Positions 57,039 to 64,000 of a stretch of DNA of 64,000 bases are shown here, piece by piece. How positions within the stretch are numbered: position 1 is the stretch's first letter; every line of letters begins with the position of its first letter. The notes beneath the pieces are model-generated. The model ran no database searches. It was not told the origin of the DNA and worked only from the letters and a program-made list of their open reading frames with translations. Made by a program: the position numbers and the translations under genes. The DNA is from Candidatus Levybacteria bacterium RIFCSPHIGHO2_01_FULL_40_16 (lineage in GTDB: Bacteria > Patescibacteriota > Microgenomatia > Levybacterales > UBA12049): NCBI GenBank assembly GCA_001783805.1, contig MFNS01000001.1, positions 64,649-128,648 of the forward strand, written 5' to 3'.

Positions 57039-58415
57039 ATGAAAAAAATAAAGTCAATACATTTTGTGGGGATAAAAGGGGTCGGGATGACACCTTTGGC
57101 AATTATTGCCAAGGAAGCGGGAGTAGTTGTTTCCGGCTCGGACATTGCTGATGAATTTATTACCGATAAGGTGCTTAAAAAAGCGGGAATAATACCAATG
57201 GTTGGGTTTGCTGATAAAAATGTCGGAGACGTTGATTTAATTATTGCAACCGGAGCCCATGGCGGATTTAACAATCCCGAAGTTCTGGCAGCAAAAAAGA
57301 AAAAAATAAAAGTGATTACTCAAGGAGAAGCAGTCGGGGTTTTCATGGACGGAACAATTTTTAACAGAAAATTTTCAGGAATTTCCGTCACCGGAACGCA
57401 TGGAAAAACTACGACAACTGCAATGATTGCCACCTTACTTAAAGCAAATAATTTTGACCCGTCCTTTTTAATTGGGACTGCGACCGCGATTTCTTTAGGA
57501 GTGCCGGGACATTACGGATTAGGGGACTATTTCGTAGCTGAAGCGGATGAATATATGACGGAACCAACTTTCGACGCAACTATCAAACACATGTGGCAGC
57601 ATCCGAAAATTGCGGTAATTACCAATATCGAGTTTGACCATCCTGATGCTTATAGCTCGCTAAGGGACACGCGGGAAAAATTTCTGGCTTTTGCCAAGCA
57701 ATTGCCAAAAGACGGAGTTTTAATTGTCTGCGGAGACGATCCGCAAATAAAACAACTGCTTGGTGAATTTAGGGGTAAGAAAATAACGTACGGTTCCGCA
57801 AGGCAGAACGATTATATTGTTGATAATGTCTTGAAAGATGTTGAACTTTCCGTTTTCGGAGACCATAACCGTTTGAATGCAACTGCGGCTTTTGCAGTTG
57901 GAATAGAGATTGGCTTATCCAAAGAACAGATTAAAAAAGGTTTAGAGCGATATAAGGGTTCGAAAAGAAGATCCGAATTTGTCGGCACACTTTCATCCGG
58001 GGCACGGGTATTTGATGATTATGCGCACCATCCGACCGAAGTTCAAAAGACGCTCAGAGCTTTCAGAGAAAAATTTCCAAACTCGAAAATAGTCTGCATT
58101 TTTCAACCGCATACTTATTCCAGAACAAAATCTTTGTTCGAACAGTTTGCTAATTCATTTAAAGACGTTGATACGGTTATTCTGACCAACATCTATTCAT
58201 CTTTACGCGAAAAACCCGATCTAACAGTTTCAATGGAAGATTTGGCAAATAAAATCGGTAAGAAAGCCTTATTCTTGCCGGAAGCAAGCGATGTGGTAAA
58301 ATACATTAATGATCAAGGCTACGGAAATGATATTGTTCTGATTACGATGGGCGCGGGAGATGTCTATAAGATAAATTCAGAACTCAAAATGCAAAAGTCA
58401 AAATTAATAGAATAA
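57036..58415 (+). CDS. murC: UDP-N-acetylmuramate--L-alanine ligase
   Basis: IHFVGIKGVGMTPLAIIAKEAGVVVSGSD is the MurC N-terminal signature. GTHGKTTTT P-loop. Confidence 0.75.
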   Translation: MMKKIKSIHFVGIKGVGMTPLAIIAKEAGVVVSGSDIADEFITDKVLKKAGIIPMVGFADKNVGDVDLIIATGAHGGFNNPEVLAAKKKKIKVITQGEAVGVFMDGTIFNRKFSGISVTGTHGKTTTTAMIATLLKANNFDPSFLIGTATAISLGVPGHYGLGDYFVAEADEYMTEPTFDATIKHMWQHPKIAVITNIEFDHPDAYSSLRDTREKFLAFAKQLPKDGVLIVCGDDPQIKQLLGEFRGKKITYGSARQNDYIVDNVLKDVELSVFGDHNRLNATAAFAVGIEIGLSKEQIKKGLERYKGSKRRSEFVGTLSSGARVFDDYAHHPTEVQKTLRAFREKFPNSKIVCIFQPHTYSRTKSLFEQFANSFKDVDTVILTNIYSSLREKPDLTVSMEDLANKIGKKALFLPEASDVVKYINDQGYGNDIVLITMGAGDVYKINSELKMQKSKLIE

Positions 58416-58419
58416 TAAT

Positions 58420-59757
58420 ATGGAGAAAATAATTATTAACGGCGGGAAAAAGCTAACAGGAACAATCGGGGTAACGGGTGCAAAAAACGTTGCCCTGAAA
58501 GCCATAGTTGCCGCCTGCCTGACAGATCAGGAGGTTATTATCAGAAATGTTCCCCTCATCTCGGATTTCATGGTAATGGTGGCAATAGTGCGGGAATTAG
58601 GCGGGGAGGTAAAAATTACAGACCACGTAGTCCGCATGCGCATGAGAGAGTTTAAAAAAGAAAAAATATCCTTGGAAGAAGCAGCCAAAATCCGGGCGTC
58701 TTGCTTGTTTTTGGCTCCGCTTTTAGCCCGGATGGGCAAAGCAATTATTCCAAATCCCGGCGGGTGCAGGATTGGCGCGCGTCCAATAGACAGAACTATA
58801 AAGGGCTTAAGAAAAATGGGGTACTTAGTAGCGTACAACAGTAAAGACGGATTTTTTTATCTTAAAAAAAAGAACGACTTTAAGAGCAGAGAAATTGTTT
58901 ACAGATTTGAAAAATGTACACATACGGGTACAGAAACGCTGATGATGCTCGCTTCGCTTCTGAAGGGAATCAGAATCACACTTGAGAATTGTGCGACCGA
59001 GCCGGAGATTGACGAGCTGATAAATCTTTTAAATCAAATGGGAGGGAAGATTCTAAGAACAGGAGAACGCACAATAGTTATTCAAGGAGTTGAGAAGCTG
59101 GGGGAGGCCGAATTTACGATCGGACCGGATAGAAACGAAATTGTTACTTTTGCAATCGCGGCAATTGTTACCAAAGGCGACGTCCTGATTAAAGATGCAC
59201 AAAACGTTGATTTATTTCCATTCATCCAGAGATTGGAATTATCCGGAGGAGGAGTAGAAAATAAAAAAGCAGGAATAAGGTTTTTTTACAAAGGTGAATT
59301 AACCAGCGTTGATGTTGAGACTTCATCTTATCCCGGATTTATGACGGATTGGCAAGGTCCATGGGCAATACTAATGACCCAGGCAAAAGGTAAAGCCGTA
59401 ATTCACGAAACAGTCTACGAAAATAGATTTGGATACGTTGAGGAGCTGAAAAAAATGGGAGCTGACATCACCTTATTCAATCCCGATATTCAAAATCCGG
59501 AGATAGTTTACAATTTTAACTTATCAGATAACGACCCTTCATATTATCATGCGATCAGGATAACAGGCAAAACTGCGCTGCATAACGGCGTGGTCAATGT
59601 TTCCGATTTAAGAGCAGGAGCAACCTTGGTGTTGGCAGCCTTATCCGCAAGAGGCAAGAGTATCATTTTCGGAGTAGAACATCTGGATAGAGGATACGAA
59701 AAGTTGGAAGAACGCTTGAGAATGTTGGGTGCAGATATAAAAAGAGTTAAGGAATAA
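58420..59757 (+). CDS. murA: UDP-N-acetylglucosamine 1-carboxyvinyltransferase
   Basis: ...GGKKLTGTIGVTGAKNVALKAI... and the active-site loop PGGCRIGARPID. Confidence 0.8.
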   Translation: MEKIIINGGKKLTGTIGVTGAKNVALKAIVAACLTDQEVIIRNVPLISDFMVMVAIVRELGGEVKITDHVVRMRMREFKKEKISLEEAAKIRASCLFLAPLLARMGKAIIPNPGGCRIGARPIDRTIKGLRKMGYLVAYNSKDGFFYLKKKNDFKSREIVYRFEKCTHTGTETLMMLASLLKGIRITLENCATEPEIDELINLLNQMGGKILRTGERTIVIQGVEKLGEAEFTIGPDRNEIVTFAIAAIVTKGDVLIKDAQNVDLFPFIQRLELSGGGVENKKAGIRFFYKGELTSVDVETSSYPGFMTDWQGPWAILMTQAKGKAVIHETVYENRFGYVEELKKMGADITLFNPDIQNPEIVYNFNLSDNDPSYYHAIRITGKTALHNGVVNVSDLRAGATLVLAALSARGKSIIFGVEHLDRGYEKLEERLRMLGADIKRVKE

Positions 59758-59758
59758 T

Positions 59759-60496
59759 ATGAGAAAAATTGCGGTAATAATTTTGGCAGCGGGTAAAGGT
59801 AAAAGAATGAAATTCTTAAATCATAACAAAGTTGTCTTAAGACTTGCCAATAAGCAAATGATTGTGCGCACGGTTGATCTTTTGGATAAGTTGAAAATTA
59901 AACAAAAAATTGTCGTGGTCGGTTTTGCGAAGGAGTCCGTGATTGGTGCTCTAGGTGACAGAGTTACCTACGCAGTTCAACAAAAAAGATTGGGAACCGC
60001 GCATGCGGTGATGTGCGCTCTTAAAAAAATAGGAAAAGATATAGCCGACGTTTTGGTTCTGCAGGGAGATGATTCGGCGTTCTATAAAGAACAAACAATC
60101 AAAAAAATTATCGATCTTCATTGGAATTCACAAGCAGATTTTACATTTTTAACAATAGACGTAGATAGTCCAGATGGCCTTGGAAGAATAGTTAGGGATC
60201 GAAGTGGCAAGCTAATCTCGGTAGTTGAGGAAAAAGATGCATCCATTGCGGAAAAAAAGCTCAAGGAAATTAATCCCGCATGTTATTTAATTTCCGTTGA
60301 ATTTCTTAAAAAATATCTAAAAAAAATAAAAAAAAGCCCGATAACTGGAGAGTATTATTTAACCGGTCTCATTAATTTGGCTATCAAAAATAATGAAAAG
60401 ATTGAGGCAGTGAAAGCTGGAAAAATATTGTGGCGCGGAATAAATACTCCGGAAGAATTGAAAGAAGCGGAAAAGTTATTTTTAAATCTAAAATAA
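59759..60496 (+). CDS. glmU: GlcNAc-1-P uridyltransferase, GlmU N-terminal domain only (no LbH acetyltransferase domain)
   Basis: IAVIILAAGKGKRMK, RLGTAHAV, VEEKDA and GEYYLTG match the GlmU uridyltransferase domain. Ends at 245 aa. Confidence 0.7.
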   Translation: MRKIAVIILAAGKGKRMKFLNHNKVVLRLANKQMIVRTVDLLDKLKIKQKIVVVGFAKESVIGALGDRVTYAVQQKRLGTAHAVMCALKKIGKDIADVLVLQGDDSAFYKEQTIKKIIDLHWNSQADFTFLTIDVDSPDGLGRIVRDRSGKLISVVEEKDASIAEKKLKEINPACYLISVEFLKKYLKKIKKSPITGEYYLTGLINLAIKNNEKIEAVKAGKILWRGINTPEELKEAEKLFLNLK

Positions 60497-60509
60497 ATTT
60501 TAAATAAAT

Positions 60510-60947
60510 ATGAAAGTAATAATTGAGCAAGTTAAAACTTTTTCTCTCGGCTTAACTCAAGAGCTTAACAGCTTGTTGATCCAATTAAATCCCGATTCAA
60601 GAACACTTCTTGATGAGGATGTGAAAGAAACAATTGAAGAGTCATCAAATCATCTCCTTGTGGCAAAAGAACCGGTTAATCATAAAATAGTTGGCATGCT
60701 GACCCTTATCATCAACCGTATACCGTCGTGGAAAAAAGGTTGGATTGAGGATGTAGTTGTTGATAAAAAGTATAGGAATCAAGGAATTGCAACAGAGCTA
60801 ATCACTTATGCAATAGAAAATGCAAAAAACAATGGCGCTGTCTCGCTTAATTTGACTTCCCGTCCCGAAAGAGAAGATGCGAACAAACTTTATGGAAAAT
60901 TAGGTTTTAAGAAACGCGATACCAATGTATATAGGATGGAATTATGA
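60510..60947 (+). CDS. GNAT-family N-acetyltransferase (candidate glucosamine-phosphate N-acetyltransferase)
   Basis: 145-aa GNAT fold (...RNQGIATELITYAIENAKNNG...). Confidence 0.55.
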   Translation: MKVIIEQVKTFSLGLTQELNSLLIQLNPDSRTLLDEDVKETIEESSNHLLVAKEPVNHKIVGMLTLIINRIPSWKKGWIEDVVVDKKYRNQGIATELITYAIENAKNNGAVSLNLTSRPEREDANKLYGKLGFKKRDTNVYRMEL

Positions 60948-61609
60948 TGCAACAAAATAAACCTGTTGTGCTTTTCGATATCGACTATACGCTTTTCAAC
61001 AGAGATATATTTCTAGAATCCTTATTTGATTCGATTGGGAGTCTTTTTAAAATAGACAAGAAAGCAATGGCACAAATTGGCCAAACAGCTTATAAAGAAA
61101 CTGTTAATGAATTTAATCGCTTTAAGCCAAAAGAGTTTTCTTTAAAAGTTGCCAAAGCCTTAGGAAGAATACGGGGTTTACGAAAGATTGAAGATATAGC
61201 AATGGCAAAATATAATCGTCCGGAAAGCTTATATGAGGAGACTTTAGAGACTATTAGTGAGGTGTCCAGGATCGCAGTTATTGGCATTTTTTCAAAAGGA
61301 CATAAACAATTTCAGGTAAATAAGGTAAGAAAATTTAAGCATTTATTACACGTTGACCACGTGTATATGGGCGTTGACAAGTATAAAACGCTGCCAAAAA
61401 TTATTGATAAATATAAACAAACAAAACTGTATTTAATTGATGATTTGCTAGATATTCTTTATTTGGCAAAAAAATTAAAAAACGACATCGTAACGATTTG
61501 GGTAAAAAGAGGAATTTACGCTGCTTCGCAAGAACTTATTCCTGGATTTAAGCCCGATGCAATAATCACAAATATCTCCGATATAGTATCGATAATTAAA
61601 AATAATTAA
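60944..61609 (+). CDS. HAD-superfamily hydrolase / phosphomutase-like
   Basis: N-terminal DxDxT motif (FDIDYTLF) and the C-terminal DD motif LIDDLLD. Confidence 0.5.
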   Translation: MMQQNKPVVLFDIDYTLFNRDIFLESLFDSIGSLFKIDKKAMAQIGQTAYKETVNEFNRFKPKEFSLKVAKALGRIRGLRKIEDIAMAKYNRPESLYEETLETISEVSRIAVIGIFSKGHKQFQVNKVRKFKHLLHVDHVYMGVDKYKTLPKIIDKYKQTKLYLIDDLLDILYLAKKLKNDIVTIWVKRGIYAASQELIPGFKPDAIITNISDIVSIIKNN

Positions 61610-61611
61610 AT

Positions 61612-61701
61612 ATGTGTGGAATATTCGGAACGGACGATCGCGTAGCGAAGAGAGTTCACCTGCAAGTGAAACGGACAGGCGTGGGTGATTGTAAATAAAT
61701 T
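61612..61701 (+). promoter_or_regulatory. GC-rich element beginning with a synonymous duplicate of the glmS start (29-codon uORF MCGIFG...)
   Basis: atgtgtggaatattcgga... encodes MCGIFG, as does the glmS start atgtgtggcatatttggt. The rest is about 65 nt of GC-rich sequence ending TAA 4 nt before glmS. The uORF is in the same frame as glmS. Confidence 0.35.
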
Positions 61702-63465
61702 ATGTGTGGCATATTTGGTTACGTAGGACATGAGTCAAAGGCGGCGGAGATTGTCCTGGAAGGACTAAAACTTCTGGAGTACAGAGGTTATGATTCTTGG
61801 GGAATCGCTGTCAAGCAGGGAAAGAAATTGGTTTTTGAAAAACATGTTGGGAAAATAGGAGATGCGAAAATAAATTTACCCCAAAGTTCTTTAGGTATCG
61901 GGCACACCAGGTGGGCAACTCATGGCGGTGTGACGGAAAAAAATTCCCATCCTCATTTGGATTGCACAAAAACAATCGCAGTTGTTCACAACGGAATTGT
62001 AGAGAACTTTCAGGAGTTAAAAACAGAGCTAATTAAAAAAGGACATAAGTTTATTTCGGAAACCGACACAGAGGCAATCCCGCATTTGGTTGAAGAAAAT
62101 CTCAAACGTGAGGGATTTTCTTCATCAGTCAGGGATGCATTTAATTTATTGAAAGGACTTAATGCGGTTGTAATTGCCAACGCCGTATCCAAAGAAATTG
62201 TGGCTGCCAAAACCGGCTCACCTCTGGTGGTGGGCATTGGAAATAAAGAATTATTTGTCGCCTCCGACTTCTGCGCGATTGTAAAGCATACCAACAAAGT
62301 TATTTTTCTGGAAGACAAACAAATGGTCATTCTGGGAGAAAAATTAAAGCTTATCAGTCTGCCCGGAGGGGTAGAAATACAGCCGAACATTCAAACTTTG
62401 GATTGGAAATTTGCAGAAACGGAAAAAGGAAAGTACAAACATTTCTTGCTGAAAGAAATTCATGAACAGCCAAAAGTCATCGAAAACATCGCGCTTAATT
62501 ACACTACGGAAATTAACCATTTAGCGAAGTTAATTGACCAGGCCTTTGGAACTTTTATGTTGGGATGTGGTACCGCTTCATATTCGGCATTGGCGGGAAC
62601 TTATCTTTTCTCAAGAATTGCCAAAAAACACGTTAATTTTTCCATTGGTTCGGAATTTAATTATTTGGAGGATTATTTAACTGAAAGAAGTCTGGTAATT
62701 GCAATTTCTCAATCCGGTGAGACGATTGATGTGGTTGACCCGGTTGTTCAGGCCAAAAAGAAAGGCTCCAAAATCGTGGCAATTGTCAATATGCTGGGAT
62801 CAACACTTTATCGGCAAGCCGACTTTAAAATTTTGCTTGGAGCCGGTCAAGAAAAAGCCGTGATCGCCACGAAATCCTTTATCGCCATGATCTCTGTTTT
62901 AATTCTTGCGGCTTATTCTTTGGCGAAAAGACAAATAGCTGGCAAGAGTCTCCTTTTGAAAGCGGCAAAAAATGTGCAGGAAATTCTGCAGGAAGAATTC
63001 GAAAAAAGTTTGCAAAAAGTAGCGGGTGAATTAAGAAATAAAGAACACATTTATATTATCGGACGCGGATTATCTTATGCTTCGGCAATGGAGGCAACTT
63101 TGAAAATCAAAGAAACCGCCTGTCTGCACGCGGAGGGCTTTGCGGGAGGAGAATTAAAGCACGGCGTGATTGCGCTCATAGAAAAAGGAACGCCCTGCAT
63201 TGTTTTTGCCCCAAACGATGAAACCTATGACGATATCGTCTCCAATGCTCAGGAAATCAAAGCGCGGGGCGGATTTATCATTGGCATCGGACCCAAAAAC
63301 AACAACGTTTTTGACCGGTTTTTACCAACATCCGATGTGGGAGACGCGACAATTATTCCGCAAGTGGTAATTTCCCAGCTGCTGGCTTATTATTTGGCGC
63401 TAAAACGCGGCATTAAAGATCCGGACAAGCCCCGCAACCTCGCCAAATCAGTAACTGTAAAATAG
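61702..63465 (+). CDS. glmS: glutamine--fructose-6-phosphate aminotransferase
   Basis: MCGIFGYVG Ntn start, two SIS domains, and ends ...KSVTVK. 587 aa. Confidence 0.85.
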   Translation: MCGIFGYVGHESKAAEIVLEGLKLLEYRGYDSWGIAVKQGKKLVFEKHVGKIGDAKINLPQSSLGIGHTRWATHGGVTEKNSHPHLDCTKTIAVVHNGIVENFQELKTELIKKGHKFISETDTEAIPHLVEENLKREGFSSSVRDAFNLLKGLNAVVIANAVSKEIVAAKTGSPLVVGIGNKELFVASDFCAIVKHTNKVIFLEDKQMVILGEKLKLISLPGGVEIQPNIQTLDWKFAETEKGKYKHFLLKEIHEQPKVIENIALNYTTEINHLAKLIDQAFGTFMLGCGTASYSALAGTYLFSRIAKKHVNFSIGSEFNYLEDYLTERSLVIAISQSGETIDVVDPVVQAKKKGSKIVAIVNMLGSTLYRQADFKILLGAGQEKAVIATKSFIAMISVLILAAYSLAKRQIAGKSLLLKAAKNVQEILQEEFEKSLQKVAGELRNKEHIYIIGRGLSYASAMEATLKIKETACLHAEGFAGGELKHGVIALIEKGTPCIVFAPNDETYDDIVSNAQEIKARGGFIIGIGPKNNNVFDRFLPTSDVGDATIIPQVVISQLLAYYLALKRGIKDPDKPRNLAKSVTVK

Positions 63466-63467
63466 AT

Positions 63468-63680
63468 ATGGAAATTGATAGAAGGAATAGCGCTATTGTT
63501 AGGAAAACTGTTACGGAAAGAGGTAGGACTGTAAAGAAGACGCTCATAGATGCCGGCGTTTATCCTGATCCGAAAAGTCCTTCTCCAAGCGATGAAAAAA
63601 TACAGGAAATATTGAACGTTCTGCGAAGCAATGAAAGAAAAACTCCGCATGGAAAACGAGGGCAGCATTATAGCAGGTAA
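63468..63680 (+). CDS. hypothetical small basic protein
   Basis: 70-aa ORF starting 2 nt after the glmS stop. No family recognised. Confidence 0.2.
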   Translation: MEIDRRNSAIVRKTVTERGRTVKKTLIDAGVYPDPKSPSPSDEKIQEILNVLRSNERKTPHGKRGQHYSR

Positions 63681-63694
63681 AATAATGAACCTCT

Positions 63695-63723
63695 TTGCGT
63701 TTTGAGTAAAAAAAATTTATAAT
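63695..63723 (+). promoter_or_regulatory. sigma70-like promoter TTGCGT-N17-TATAAT, leaderless configuration
   Basis: The -10 ends 6 nt before ATG 63730. Confidence 0.45.
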
Positions 63724-63729
63724 TCGCTC

Positions 63730-64000
63730 ATGGACACACAAGAGCTTTTTAATGAAGAAGGTTTGGCACAACAAAGAGTAATGTCCTTCGTAGAAGGAAT
63801 GCATGACGTCAAATTTGCCGGTCCAAGAGGTAAGTTTGCTGATTTGGACACCTGGCTCTTGATCACTTACAATCGAATAACGAAAGAAGACGAAATAAAC
63901 TTTGTATCCTGGGCAGAGAATCAGGATGCCTCAAAAGATCCGGAAAATCCAAATGATCCGCTAAGGAAATATCCTTTTAATTTCATATCCTCCATTCGTT
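63730..64000 (+). CDS. 3'-truncated hypothetical protein
   Basis: The ATG at 63730 opens a frame that runs to the window end (MDTQELFNEEGLAQQRVMSF...). Not in the ORF track because there is no stop in the window. Confidence 0.35.
   Translation, partial: MDTQELFNEEGLAQQRVMSFVEGMHDVKFAGPRGKFADLDTWLLITYNRITKEDEINFVSWAENQDASKDPENPNDPLRKYPFNFISSIR

Noticed and set aside
61620-61700. tRNA or glmS ribozyme in the GC-rich element upstream of glmS
   Set aside because: No acceptor/T-arm (GTTCRANYC) architecture and no recognisable glmS ribozyme core could be found by eye. It is kept only as an unexplained structured element pending an Rfam search.
61612-61723. About 20-nt duplication flanking the GC-rich element, interpreted as target-site duplication of a mobile element
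   Set aside because: The two copies differ only at synonymous third-codon positions of MCGIFG, which is unlike a TSD. No transposase, integrase or inverted repeats are present anywhere in the window.
1-64000. CRISPR arrays, rRNA/tRNA genes, integrases/transposases, toxin–antitoxin or known defence systems
   Set aside because: No repeat-spacer architecture, no rRNA-like or tRNA-like GC-rich blocks beyond those discussed, and no recombinase or nuclease families were recognised in any listed ORF.

Overview
This is an AT-rich (about 35% GC), densely coding window with many 1–16 nt gene overlaps. It reads like a small-genome bacterium and may be Patescibacteria/CPR-like, but that is an inference from gene content and compaction rather than anything demonstrated. 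Functionally it is a roughly 46 kb cell-surface glycosylation island followed by a cell-wall and housekeeping block.

The island contains:
- a partial CgeB-like glycosyltransferase at the 5' edge;
- a minus-strand five-gene CDP-3,6-dideoxyhexose operon (rfbF-like, rfbG-like, SDR reductase, RmlC-like cupin, and an RfbH/E1-like DegT with His in the lysine position);
- at least 13 large polytopic GT-C-fold-like membrane proteins in tandem, including PMT/ArnT-like (GT39-like) paralogs and a 1054-aa O-antigen-ligase/PglL-like (Wzy_C) fusion, interleaved with GT2 and GT4 glycosyltransferases;
- three methyltransferases, one of them CmcI-like;
- a sugar O-acetyltransferase;
- a GtrB/Ppm1-like polyprenyl-phosphate glycosyltransferase;
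- an EamA transporter;
- ManC;
- a small initiating phosphoglycosyltransferase;
- a DUF4012 protein.

Downstream are recO, glyQS, purF, a dcw block (mraZ with a three-box GTGGG operator, rsmH, ftsL, ftsI, a short murE, murC, murA), a GlmU uridyltransferase-domain-only gene, a GNAT, a HAD-family gene and glmS.

The most unusual sequence-level signal is a family of heptanucleotide tandem arrays (about 4 × 7 nt, AAAT-N-N-C-like). They sit in frame in the variable linkers of four GT4 genes, in rsmH and in murE, and also in two non-coding contexts. One 2 × 14 nt copy forms the murE stop / murC start junction.

Other notable features are a GC-rich structured leader in front of mraZ, a GC-rich element with a synonymous duplicate of the glmS start (MCGIFG) upstream of glmS, and several promoters placed for leaderless or near-leaderless transcripts.
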